Below are positions 38,160 through 50,830 of a stretch of 64,000 nt of DNA, one piece after another. The position numbers and the translations under genes are program-made. The stretch's first letter is position 1; each line of letters begins with the position of its first letter. This DNA comes from Gnetum montanum. Lineage: Eukaryota; Plantae; Gnetophyta. The notes beneath the pieces are model-generated. The model saw nothing but the letters and a program-made list of their open reading frames with translations. It was not told the DNA's origin and searched no databases. Location of the stretch: assembly GCA_015680685.1 (NCBI GenBank), contig MNCI01002555.1:691419-755418 (forward strand), read 5' to 3'.

Positions 38160-38300
38160 ACAGGCCATGGGTGCCAGTTTAAGGTCATAGCAAACAATGG
38201 TTTGTCAGTTTAAGGTCATAGAGAACCATGGTTTGCCAATTTAAGGTCATAGTGGACCATGGTTTTCTAGTTTAAGGTCATAGGAGACCATGGTTTATGA
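38160..38300. repeat. 29-bp tandem repeat (CCATGGTTTGCCAGTTTAAGGTCATAG core) upstream of the pol acceptor of D
   Basis: 4-5 units visible. Confidence 0.8.
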
Positions 38301-38547
38301 AAACTGTGTAGGTTTAGGCAAGGCCAAGAGTGCTTGGAACATGTAGTTAAGCTAGGTGTTTGCTAGGAAATCAGAAAAATTTAGAAAGTTTGCCAAGTCT
38401 AGGGACTGCTAGAAATTTTCTAACTCTAGCTGCTACGCTCACCCCTCACTATGCTTGGTCCCTTGCTATGTTCAAAAAAAAACTTGGAAAATTTTCCTAA
38501 GTATGGGATGTTGTCTTGGTAGGTAGCATATTCAATTACCTCAGGAG

Positions 38548-39915
38548 TGTAACGACAGAAAGCATCGATCACTGGAAATACTAAACGAAAGTCCGCGTAC
38601 ACAGTTTTAACCCTGGATCCGTGCGAGGACCGTGCTGGAGAGAAAATGAATCTAAGGTGCCCTGAACGGTCTTGTCGATTAGATAGGGACTTACTTGATC
38701 AATAAAAAATTTTGTGATATTTGGGTAATAAAATGATGGATCTTTACGGGAAAATATGATATCGTTAACTTAGCGAGCAATCAAAAATGACGAAGTAGAT
38801 TTACAACGATTTGCAAGGTTCATATAGGTGAGACTCAAAAGATCGGATTTAGAATGCGAGCAACCCTGAGATCTGGGATTCACCTCATGAAACAAAGTAT
38901 ATTGAATATAACTATTACAAGCAGACTTCAATCTAGACGAAGCATGTGCCAATAACAAGAAACTGTTCAAAGATGAAGCAAGCAAAGGTCGATCTACCTC
39001 GTTCTAGTGGTGTACAAAGGAGCCGGTCTAAAGTAGAATGTCTATCAACCTGCTATTCCTGACTGGAGATTCTTGCCAATTGCCTTCGATATTCTTATGA
39101 TTACTGATTCTCTTTGTTCTCTTGTCAAAATCTATCAACGATTATCAACGGAAGGGAAAAATCGCTCATAGAGAAAATTCATTCAATCTTAGGAGAAATT
39201 TTTTGCCTCTCGGTGGTCTTTGTCAACCGAAGCATTTATAAGGTTAGGGTCAAGCGAAATACGTGGTTTAGATGATGTGTGTCTTGAATTTGCAAAGTGT
39301 CATTGACTTGAAGTGGTGGTTGTTGAAGCTTGTGGCACTACACCACCTTACACTCTAAAGCGTAACGCTACGTAAACTGCTCTTGTTGGAGCTTTGTTGA
39401 CAGGCAATTTCTTGATTATGCTACAATACGCTGGAGAGTGTATTGCTCCACATGGACTACTGATGCTTCACTATGTCTATATTATGCTGCACCATACTAG
39501 ATTACGCTGCACCACGCTAGATTACACTTCATAGCGTAACTCAGCGTAAAATAGCACACTTGCAAAAAATCGAAGCGTTGCTGAAGTTTTTGGGCATTTG
39601 TCATCCTTGATGTTGTGGAGAATTGCTTTCTAACATTACGCTGTGTTACGCCATGTTGCGTAATGTAGCGTAATATGCCAAAAAAATCTAACGTTCTCAA
39701 AACAAAAATAATTTGCAAAGTCGAAAGCTTGCCGCTGTGCACCCATCGTTTTGCTCTGTCTTCTGGAATTCATTTGTACAGTGCCGCGTAGCATGGCAGA
39801 ACAGGCCTTTAATTTGAAAAGGAACTTGTTGTGCCATGCCTTATTGTGACTCCTTTGCCTGAGTCACCAGCTTTTTGCTGAACCGCCAATGCCTCAAAAT
39901 TTTCACGGTGTTTCA
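38548..39915 (-). repeat. 3' LTR of element B
   Basis: Minus strand TGAAACACC...GTTACA; homologous to the A LTRs; PPT AAAAAAGAGGGGCCAT at 39916-39931. Confidence 0.85.
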
Positions 39916-40509
39916 ATGGCCCCTCTTTTTTGACGTTTAGAGGGCTTGCCTGAAAGATGTCAACAAAGACTACGAAACACCAAAAAGGTAAAGGCATCAA
40001 TAGCATCTGTCTAAGACTACTCAAATGTTGTTCTGTCAAACTTAGAAGTGCAAGGATAGAGGGTCGTAGGGCATAGGAGGGATCTTACAGGAGTTAGAGA
40101 TAGTAGGTTCGGGGAAGACTCAAATTCATGAACATGAAGCTTTTCTGAACAACTAATTACGTCCTTTCGCTAATGTGTTTGTGAAAGGTTACGTCGGCAT
40201 ACTGCATATGGGGGGGCCTTGCAAGGATGAGTTGTGTTACGCCCACATGGCCTGGATGAGTTGTTTTACATCCATTTTGCCAAGTGTTACCCCCTGTGTG
40301 CTTTTTTTTTTTGAGAAAGTGCAGATTACATCCCACAAGGTGAGTTGCATTATGCCTGTTCGTGGACATGATGATTCAAAAGGATTGACTTAATGCTTAC
40401 GTTCTGTACAAGCAAAGACAAAGGTAAGGGTGATTGTAAGGATAAGGAAAGAGGAAAATAAACTAAAGCATATGATGGAGGGAGAGGTAGGGTTTGCACT
40501 TCTAAGTAG

Positions 40510-41001
40510 CTAGACTAGTCTAAGCGGCCACCTCAGAATGCCATAACACCTCACCTTCCAATGAAAGTGTTCTCGATCAATGCTATCATAACAAGTAACC
40601 TGCCAAACATAACAAAGAATAGAGAGTAAGAAACAAACATCCTGATGGCTAAGGAGGGAGGCTGTTGAAACAAGTGTCATCCAAAGCAACAAGGAGAATG
40701 TAGACTGTTGAAACAGGGACCGTAGCAAGGAGCAAGGGTACCAATGGTGATGCCACGGTTCATAAAGTTGTCGTCGATAGCCAAATTCATCTTGTTCAAA
40801 GGAATGTGGAAAGAACATGTCAGATGAATCTGCTAAGCCAGAATCTGGTGATAGCGATGGATGGAGGCTACTGAGACTATGGATGACCACATTTTCTCCA
40901 AGGACCCAAGTGGCGAAGTTGATCCCAGGAGCTGCAACTACGAAGTGGCTATCATAGTAACATCTCCAAGGGGTCAGTAGTATGCCTTTCGGCATGTCCA
41001 A
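40510..41001 (-). CDS. Extra 3' ORF of B (163 aa open), hydrophobic C-terminal half
   Basis: Frame conserved with the A and D copies (P[K/L]GILLT, PWHxHW, CFLx motifs). Confidence 0.4.
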   Translation of the reverse strand: MDMPKGILLTPWRCYYDSHFVVAAPGINFATWVLGENVVIHSLSSLHPSLSPDSGLADSSDMFFPHSFEQDEFGYRRQLYEPWHHHWYPCSLLRSLFQQSTFSLLLWMTLVSTASLLSHQDVCFLLSILCYVWQVTCYDSIDREHFHWKVRCYGILRWPLRLV

Positions 41002-41129
41002 GGAATCAGTAGGATGCCGATGGGGTAATGATGTTGCATCGGTTCTAACACCTTACTTGCTCCATTTGGTAGGGATGCAATGCAAAAGTGATCACGTTTG
41101 CTTGCTTCATGGGTTGCCTAGTGATAGAT

Positions 41130-41490
41130 TCTAGTTTTGGGTCCTTGTTGATCATTGTTGCTAGTTTTAAGTCTCAGCAGACTGTGGTCCCGGTTTAATT
41201 TCTGGGTATACTGACATCTGCAAGTTTTACGTCGTAGCGGATGGTGGAAGGGCTAGTTTATGATCTTAGAAAACCATGCTGTGGGTGTCAGTTTTATGTC
41301 ATGACTGAGGGACAAGTCTGTGCTAGTTTAACATCTTAGCAAATGTGTGCTTACCTTGCCAGTTTCACATCATGAAGGATGGTCAGAGACTTTGCCAGTT
41401 TAGCGTCTTGGCGGACGCATGCAAGAACTACCAGTTTTACATCATAGCGGACGTGTACAACTTTGCTAGTTTTACGTCGTAGTGGACGTT
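41130..41490. repeat. 3'-UTR tandem repeats of B
   Basis: Reverse-complement homolog of 18708-19105. Confidence 0.8.
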
Positions 41491-41519
41491 TCTTACTTGA
41501 GTTTGAGCCTAGTCGATGC

Positions 41520-44500
41520 TTAGATGTGGTACCACTTTAGATACAGATGATTCACTGGATTTGGTAGTTCGTTGCCATCGATATCTGCTAACTTGAATGC
41601 TCCGTTACCGTATATGCCAATGACCAAAAAAGGACCTTCCCAGTTTGTAGAGAACTTACCTACTAGTTCAAAAATAGCCTTAAGAACTAAGTCTCCCTTC
41701 TTGATCGGTCACTGGTGTGGATTGTGCCAGTGCTTCTATCTTTGCTTATCTTGATATCTTTCAATGGTGTCAAGCATTTGGATGCGCTTCTCCTCTACTA
41801 AGTCTAAATTCACGATCCTACACTTGTTGTGCTGAGTCTCATTTATAACCATGGAGAGGACCATCTGCAATGAGGGAACCTATAATTCCAAGGGCAACAC
41901 TGCTTCAGATCCATAGACTAGGCTATAGGGCATCCTGTCTGTACCTGTTCTGTAGGTCGTACAATATGTCCATAGCACATAGAGGATTTTTTCATGCCAC
42001 CATTTTTTATTGTTGCTGAGCATCTTCTTAAGCAGATTGATGATTACCTTGTTTGTTGCTTTTGCTTGACCATTTTCTTACGGGTAATAGGATGAAGAAA
42101 AAGACTACTTGATACCAAGATTATCGCAAAAAGATTTGGTTTTGGTACTACTAAATTGTGGCCCATTGTCAGTCACAATAGTCATAGGGAGCCCAAATCT
42201 GGTTACAATATTGTCTAAGATGAAATGGCAAACCTGTTGAGATGTAATTTTCTATAGGGGAATGGCCTCAACCCACTTTGTGAAATACTCAGTGGCGATG
42301 ATAATGAAGCTATGTCTTGCGAAAGATTTGGGTGTGATGGGACCTATGATATCTAGTCCCCATCATTGGAATGGCCAAGTGATCTATGTAGTGTGCAACT
42401 TAGTTGGTGACACGTGTATTAGATTTGTGTAACGTTGGCATGTGTCACACATCTTAACCTTAACAAGGTAGTCTTTTTCCATGTACGGCCAATAATACCC
42501 TAGGTGTCTGATTTTAGCAGCCATTGCTCGCGGGGCTACGTGTCCTCCACATAGCCCCTCGTGGACTTTGTTAACTATTCACTGTGCTTGTTCACTATTA
42601 ACGTAGGTAAGAAATACCCCATCGAAAGAGTGTCTACAAAGGGTACTATCTCCAAGGATGACATATTTCCTAGCATGCTTGCGCACTGCATCTTTTTGTG
42701 CATGTGTTAGCTCGTGTGGTGGTTCGCCATGCAGAAGATAAGTTTTAATGTCATTGTATCATTCTAGCGTTCCTCCCACGTTTAATGAAGAAATCTGCGT
42801 CACTTGAATGATAGGCTCTGTACATTCTATCATTAAAGCAAACCAAGTGGCAAACAAGTGTGGTGGCACGTTTAATGCCAGTTTTGCCAGTGCATCAGCA
42901 ATAGCATTTTCGTTACACGGCACGTGTTGGACATCGATTGTGTCATGAATTGTTTCCGGAGATCTTTAGCCATATCACAGTAGGGCTATAGGTGCACAAC
43001 CTTGCAAGTGTAGACTCCTGTGATTTGATTAATGAAGAGCATCGAATTGCCTTGGATTACTAGGTGTTGAATGTTGAGTTCCTTGGTTGTCAACAATCCT
43101 TTGAGGAGCCCCTCATACTCTACCATGTTGTTCATATAAGGGAAGGTCAAGTGGTAAGCCGATGGATGCACATCCTTAGGAGAAAGCGTAATAACAGTGG
43201 CAGCATTGCTGCCTCTAGTGGTTGAAGCTCCATCAAAGTATAATGTCGCTTCAAGGCCTATTGATATAGTGCTTAAACTGTGTACATGTTCATCCAGGAA
43301 TTCTAGCTCTATTGTAGCTTGATTGTTAATCGGTGATGTTGCTAATTGGTTAGCTATGGCCTGATCTTTGGTGGACGACTAGCCAACATAATGTAAATTG
43401 AATTCTTCTGTGATAGCCTTCCAACGAGCTATTCTACTACTCTCATATAGGTTGTTCGAGATAGCTCGTAGCACATTATTTCCTCAAATGATATTGACCT
43501 GACTGCGAAAGAGATAATGCCTACATTTTTTCAGTGCAAAAACCAATGCCAAACAATTATGCTCCACTTCATTGTACCTTGTCTCGTACACAAATAGAGC
43601 ATGACTAACGTAATAGATAGGGGCTTCTGACCCATCGTTCCTTTTCTAGCAAAGTAATGCAACTATAGACACATCTGAGTTAGCTAGATAAATGTAGAAA
43701 GGTTGATTCCTTTGTGGTGGAAAAACCGTTGGTAAATGTTGCAACTCTTCTTTTAAATTGTCAAATGCACACTAGCAGTCATCAGTCCATTCAAAATTAA
43801 CACCCTTTTTTAGAAGATGTTGCATAGGGTGTAATTTATCTGTTAACCTTGAAATGAACTACCTGATGAATTGAAGCCTGCCCTATAACCCACGTAGTTC
43901 CTTGAGGTTTGTTCGTGGCATTAAATCAATGATGGCCTTAACCTTGTCAAGGTTGACTCAAATGCCAGTCTATGATACCACAAACCCCAACATGCATCCA
44001 GTTTTGACCCCGAATACGCATTTCTTTAGGTTAAGCCGTAAGTCATGTTTGAAACATTGTTTAAGGACTAACTCTAGGTTTTTTGAATGATCTTCTGACT
44101 TTATAGATTTGACAGCTATGTCATCTACATAGTCGTTCAATCTCCCTAAGAGATAATTGCTAAAGATGTATGTCATGGCTTGTTGGTACGTTGCTCCAGC
44201 ATTTTTTAACCCGAAGGGCATCATGGTGTAACAGAAGGTTCCCCAAGGTGTCATGAATGTTGTGGTCAATTGGTGCTTTGGGTTAATACAAATTTGATTA
44301 TAGCCTGAAAAATCATCCATAAAGGACAGGAGCACGTGACCAGCTGTTGTGTCAATCAATTGGTCGATACTCGGTAGCGGGAAATTATCCTTAATCATAG
44401 CTTTGTTCAGATCCCAGAAGTCTATGCAGATGCGTATACCTCCCATTTTCTTAGAGACAACTACGATGTTGGACACCCAGTCTAAGTAATCGACCGCATA

Positions 44501-45018
44501 AATGAAACTAGCCTAATACAACTTAGTGATTTCATTATGCACTACTAGCGCAATTTCCAGCTTAATTTTTCATGCCTTCTGTCTAATTGGTTTGATGTGT
44601 GGGTCTAAGATTATGTTGTGCTGTATTAATCTTGGGTTTAAGCCTAGCATGTCTTCATATGTCCACGCAAATACAGCAACATTGTTTTGGAGAACTAGTG
44701 TTATGTCACTTTGCATCTATTGGTCTAGGAGAGAACTAACCCTAAGAGTTTTATTTTCACCCTTGTGCGTAACCACAGGGACCTCGCTAAGGGGATCCTC
44801 AGTTACATCACCAACCTCCAGGTCAAGTGTTCGAGCCAGATGTTCTGGCCAGTCTAGAGATGTTTCTAATGTTGCTATGGTTACATCATAGAGGGAAAGG
44901 TTTGTTCCTACTAGCGTGTGATTGAACTATCAAGACTAAGGGTGTGGATAAAGCACCTCCCATGTGGCCCTGTCAAGACTAAGGGTGTGGATAAAGCTAC
45001 ATCCATTTGCGACTGGCC
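41520..45018 (-). pseudogene. pol: pol (RT-RH-aRH-INT) of element B
   Basis: RT FMDDFSGYNQI/YVDD (43970-44476); RH PIYYVSHAL; aRH LYFDGAS...NNMVEYEGL...NAIADALA; INT 41520-42700. Confidence 0.92.
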
Positions 45019-45603
45019 CTGCAAAAATTGCCAAAAATGGAAGTTGTTACATTGTCTTTCTACCAATATGTTGAATGATAAATGTTTGTTTTATTTTTGC
45101 ATCAGAATCGCGTGTCAGAGAAGTTTCCAATTTAAGGTCTTAGTGGATGGTTACAAATACGCATAGTTAGTAAAAAGAAATTACTAGCTAGGCTTCCTAG
45201 ATGCTAGCGTATGAAATAGGATGAAGGGTGTAACGTGGCATGCCTAGTGTGTCGAAATAATTGGATTTGAAATTTTGTATAGACTTAAGTTAATGTGACC
45301 AGATTATGAGGTGATAAGCTATGTATTAGTTTAAGGTCATTTCGGACTGTAACTCACGCGATATCTACGAAATTAATGCCCTAATCTTCACGTTCCATGT
45401 CATACTGACACCATCATTTTGGGAAAGTTCTGTGTCGATTGAGCAGAAAGAATCAGTTAGTTTCAAGCATTTTGTTTATAAACCAGTGGTTCATACTCTA
45501 AACATGTTACCGATATCACGAATTTGGATCCAGCTATAGCAAGAAGGAAGCGTAAGCAAGGTGTGAGCGGACGACTTTACGAAGATTTTGTTCGATTGCA
45601 GCC

Positions 45604-48600
45604 ATGGCACCAAAGGTTAAAGGAAAGAACGCCAAGTTGGCCAAGATCAACGAAGTGCAAGAGAGTCTACAGCGGGCTTCACAGGCCAGAGTAAAGGCTC
45701 GGGAAGTTACTCCGCTTAACTGGTAAGTCACCGTCTACTCCTTTGCACTATTGTCACATTTGTTACAGCATCATAGTTGTTTTTATTTTGAATACGCATG
45801 TTACACTAGGCGTTAATGTTTTTTTACGTGAGCTAGGCTATTGTGGTTTGACAAAATTTGTATTGTTACGAAAGTTTAGGGAGTATGGAGTAATGTTGTG
45901 TAGATGTCATGTATAGCTGGAAAAAATCTAAGTACTGTATCCATGCATGGCGTAATCGGAGTCCTGTTTTCTATTCTTTTTTTCATCATTTGTAATAGTT
46001 ATCTAATATGCTGGGGTAATACGCAATGTTGGTTTCATCGCCGTTTTCAAAGATAGCCCTTGAGCTGTTGTAAGGATTTGGACAATTTTGGTCATGCGTC
46101 TCCAGTGTACTCTGTAATTTTCTGAGAATTAGGCGAACCCTAGTGTAGCATGATGAATTTTTCTATCTAAATAGTTTGCCTGACAGTAATACATTTTTTA
46201 TCATACAATATTATGCTAAAGCCCATCCTAATCGTTTTGAACATCATGGGCGTTCTATGCTGCATTCATGTCCCCGTGGACAATGTCCCTCCTCCTCATG
46301 CTTGTCTAAAGGAGGAGGCGGTATGGTTCTGAAGGGGTGCGTGGGATTTTTTGCAATTTTTGCTTCGTAATTACAATGTAATCGTCTGGTTGCATCTACT
46401 AGGTGATGAAGCTACTTCCATTTTAAAGATGCTATTGGTTGGCTCGACACAGAGCATCTTGGCATTTCTGTCAGACGGTGTGATCAAAACTGTGAAGGTG
46501 CAAGACCATGAACAGAGCGCTAGGGGTTTAAGGCATTTATACTAGATCTGGGAGATGCCCAGGTTTAATTGTTATCATGCCTATAACACTTTGTTCATGG
46601 ATCATCATCTCACAACCTACTTCCAGAACCCCCCTAGTACTGTGCATTACAAAGGTAGGTAAGTTTCGTTTCGCTTCGCAGTATTGTAATGTGCTAACTA
46701 CTGTTTAGATGTGTACTGAGCGTAAAGGGATTGTCTATGGTGTAGGTTTTTCATCAATGAAAGCAGCCTTCTAGGCAATAATGACACATTGTCGTTGGCC
46801 GAAAGGGCTATAGGGGAGTTTACTTCTATCAGCAACGTGTGGGCTACCATCATGGAATAACTAGCGTTTGAGATCCTAGAATACCCTACCCATTATGCCG
46901 ACTTCTTTTCTAGATGTAAGAAACTCAGATGTCTGGATAGGGAGTGGACTTTGGACCCTCCCCTTACCATTGCAGATGTGTGAAGGAAAATTACTCCATT
47001 TCCTTTACCTTTTAGGCCTGGTATGCTTTATCATGATGATGAATTGCGTCAATGTTATCAGTTCATGTCAACTTACCTATTGTTTTGTGTTAGCAGTTAG
47101 GAAATCACAGGAGATTACGATCATGGCCTCCGATTGTGAGGCCAATAATCTCCTCTTCCATTATGATGATATAAAGGAGGCCCAACATTGGCTCGGCCAT
47201 AGAGCAGCCTGAATTGTAGTAACCAATAATATTCAGGAGGTTGGACTGATGGACCTTTTCTTGGCCATAACCCCTGATGCTACTGCAGGTGAAATGTTAA
47301 CCCTAGTCAACTCCTTCAATGAAGAAGCTGAGTGTCTCTACATACGCATGAGTAATGTGCACGTAAATTTTGACATTGATGCTCAACTATTTTCTTATCT
47401 CTTCGGCATTCCCTCTGACGGTTTTCCTATAGATGAAAAATCGAAGAGGAGTGCCAAGTACCAGCAAGAGATAGAGGAGTGGCTAGGGGTTAAGAAGGAA
47501 GTCAAGGGAATCCCTGCTGAAAGGATCGAGTTGGTGGTAGCCCATACTATTTACCCCATTTTTTGGGCCTGGGCCTTCCCCAAGACACTCTTGAAAGGGA
47601 GATTCCTCACCATCGAGCAGGCCTAAATTATGCGAGAGGTCTTAAAGAAGGGGACACAATTCAATTGGGCGAGCTATTTTGCCAAAGGCTTGTGCGTTGA
47701 GATGGTTAGGCTTCGCAAGAAGCTTGAGTCCCATTTCAACATGCATTTCTCCTTCTTCATAGCTTGGTTTTGGCATTTTTCCGAATTTCTAGTAGTCTAG
47801 AGGAATGGGGTCTGGGTGCAACAAGATCGTAGTCAGATTTCCAAACCATGGATCTCCCATATCTTTAGCACTATCCGGTCGCAAGACCCTCTTGAAGGGA
47901 TCGGGGAGTCATTGTCGGTAACAACTAGGAGTATGATGGCACCTCGAATGTGGGGCCAAGATAGGATGGGTGGGGCACCCCCCTCTTACACTGGCGATGT
48001 ATCGAGGGGGGAAGCATCTTGCTGCCGAGATAGTGGATTTATCAGTGCCACGGAAAAAGCCTCGCTTGACTGAGGAATCTGCCAAGCTAGCGGGTGCCGT
48101 GGTGAAGAAAATGCAAATCAGGTTTAAGAGGAGTAATTCTCCAGGTGGTAAGTGGTGAAATGTACCAATGGTCATGATCTATGTAGAGACACCGTTGCAT
48201 AGCATAATATTCGTTGATCAAAAGTAAAATCTTATGTTAACTAGCTATATTGGATGATAGCGAAGGAAAGGGTTGTGGAATGGTTGACCCCTGGAACAGG
48301 GGCTATAGTCTTACAGTGTAGGGAAGGGGCCTCAGTTTCAAAAGAGGAGGTCCCAGTCAATAAGGTGAGGAGTGAATAAGCTCCTACGTGGGAAGAGAAA
48401 GTAGCGGTCGAGGATGCCAAAGTTCTTTCGGTTGGGACTAAACAAGGCAAGTGGTTTGTTACTTGATAAAATTAATTCTTATAGTATAGTAGACTTTAGA
48501 AAAATTCTAAAGGTTGTGTTGGTCATCGTAATGTCTCAGTCATGTCCTTATATGGAATGTATTCTATGTAACAGGTGACCAGAGTGTACACTTGGAAACA

Positions 48601-49936
48601 GTGGCAACTCGATCCTGGGATGAATTTCCTGATAAATTCACCTTCATGAAAGGCATCGTCCAAGACATGATCAGTTGCTTAGAGTGAATTGATCCTGAAG
48701 CTAGTACGTTATGGTCATTATGCAGAAATTATTTTACTATGGCATTATGCTACCAAATCATGTCAAACTGTCATTTTATGCTATTAGGAGCTCACCTCAG
48801 ATGGGATCCATAAGAGCTTATCAATTTAGACGCCACCGAACCCCCATTAGAAGTGACCGTCGTGCCACACAAGATTTACGATGAGATGCATAAATGTGTT
48901 GTACACTCAACTCGCTCCTTATGGGAATGTCAAAGCGTAAACGAGGACCTTTGGAAGAGGTTGCAAAGGTCAAAGAAGGAGAGGGTGGCTCTATGTGATG
49001 AAGTTGGGGATTTAAGATAATGGAATGAATTCCTGCAACCCCAGGGAATAGGAAGCGAGGACTGGAGGACAGTTATTATTGATTACGCTCGTTATTGGAT
49101 TGTTTTCAGGAACAATCTCTAAACTAGTCGCGAACTGGTCGAGCAGCATATGCAAATGGACCTCCTGGCTCAGAAGAACTATGACTGGAAGGACTTTAGC
49201 ACGAGTATCCAAGAGTGGGGGCATATGCAAAAATATCATAAATAGGTCTACAAACAAGAAAGTGTTGTCTATCATCAACATTATAGGGACTCTGCCGTTG
49301 AGGATTAGTCCCTTTGGCTATTCCTCGACGTTATTGGTGCTTCCAAAGCATTTGAGAAGTTCCAGGAATAGGTGACGGTGAGTGCCTCTCCAAAAATGGA
49401 AGTGACTCTTCCCGAAGGTGAGACTACCATCCCTTCTTTCTTCCTTGAACCACCTTGATGGACTCCCATCGAAAAGAAGAAGGTGAAGAATGGAACTAAT
49501 CTAGGGGATGGAGTTTGGTCTGAGCTCACTGAGGATGAAATCATGCAACGTCTGTGGATTGGCTTAGAACAAGCCTCCTTTACTGCTGATGTCAAACCAT
49601 CATAGGTTAGTTGCAATATTATTGCATTTTTGTTATACCTAGTTTTGACAATGATGTTAATATATGTATGATGTCTGATCGCAGGAGCGACTGGAGGAGA
49701 ATCCTCAGCAAGGTGAAGCTAATGAGGATCCTCATGAAGAGGGTTTACAGGAAATAGAGCATAATGAAGCTAGTCGATGCCATGGTGAACAACCCCCCAC
49801 TAAAGAGCCTGACGAAGAGGGTTGCCCTCACGAAGGGGTTCCTCATGCAAAGGGTGGCCCCTATGAGGATGACCTCCTTGAAGTAGAAGTTGAATTGGTG
49901 GATACAAGAGATAGTGGTAACAAGGAAGACGCGTAG
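45604..49936 (+). pseudogene. Antisense 8-exon gene of element B (FCP1/NIF-like, PMD/Transposase_32-like, coiled coil, acidic tail; ~1100 aa)
   Basis: Exons 45604-45722, 46209-46658, 46746-~47060, ~47095-48147, 48261-48446, 48575-48703, 48788-49605, 49685-49936. Splice phases are consistent at all junctions except the ambiguous 3/4 junction. Confidence 0.78.
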
Positions 49937-50064
49937 CATGGCTGAATTAGCCTTGGGTTTTATTGTGGTGTAATGAAACAAGAGACAATATTTTTCTTTT
50001 AACGTATTTGATATAGATTTTGGTGTTAATTTTGATTGGCTTCTTTGTTGTTAATTTCGGGTCT

Positions 50065-50620
50065 TGAATAGTTTAAGGCCATTTTGGGCCCTTGCTATAT
50101 GAGTGAGTGAAGGAATCAAATAAACATTAATTCACCAATTTTAAGCTATGGTAGGTTGTGATTAGTTTTAGGCCATTTCGGGCCATGGATAGTTTAAGGC
50201 CATTTTGGGCCCTGGATAGTTTAAGGCCATTTCAGGCCTTGAATAGTTTAAGGCCATTTCGGGCCCTTGCTATATGAGTGAAGGAATTAAATAAACATTA
50301 AGTCATTGATTTTAAGCTATGGCAGGTTGTGATTAGTTTTAGGCCATTTCAGGCCATGGATAGTTTAAGGCCATTTCGGGCCCTAGATAGTTTAAAGCCA
50401 TTTCGGGCCCTGAATAGTTTAAGGCCATTTCGCACCCTGAATAGTTTAAGGTCATTTTAGGTCCTGAATTTAGGTACAAAGCACAGACAAAATTTAGATA
50501 TAAGGTGTAAACTAGATTCAGGTATATAGCATAAATGAATTTTGGGTTGTAAGCATCAACAAAATTCAGATACAAAGCGTAAGTGAAATTGCTAGTTTAA
50601 GGCCATTTCGGGCCTTTTGA
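50065..50620. repeat. 27-bp tandem repeat (GTTTAAGGCCATTTCGGGCCCTGAATA) plus a ~180-bp local duplication
   Basis: Directly visible; homolog of 11920-12380. Confidence 0.85.
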
Positions 50621-50830
50621 GTAATAGGAGTAAGGAAGACAACTGGTGGAAACGTAAACATAAGCATGAAGCATGAAGATAAACATAAGCATAATGAGAC
50701 TAGCTAGTGGAAAGCGTAAATACATGTGTAAATTATGACTAGTAAACATGAATAGAATAGATGATGGAACTGTAATAGTCAGACAGCATCGTTAACCAGC
50801 TAACTTTGCAGCCATTTCTTAATTGCTTTG

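Larger units (their letters stand above)
30749..38547 (-). mobile_element. 3' half of Tat-clade element D (intron end, pol, 3' ORF, 3' LTR)
   Basis: pol at 34527-38011, PPT-like AAAGAGGATCCAA at 32440-32452, LTR 30749-32439. Interrupted at 38548 by B. Confidence 0.78.
38548..50830 (-). mobile_element. Tat-clade element B (same family as A, with complete pol); 5' part cut off by insertion of E
   Basis: 3' LTR, 3' ORF, tandem repeats, pol, antisense gene and 27-bp repeats are all colinear with A. Confidence 0.88.

Noticed and set aside
46015-46135. Possible extra exon within intron 1 of the antisense gene
   Set aside because: Conserved between A and B, but without clear splice sites in both; exons 1 and 2 already join in phase.
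45604-49936. Interpretation as a host gene surrounded by TEs
   Set aside because: Two diverged copies occupy the same position and orientation inside two related elements, one of which is bounded by LTRs and a TSD.
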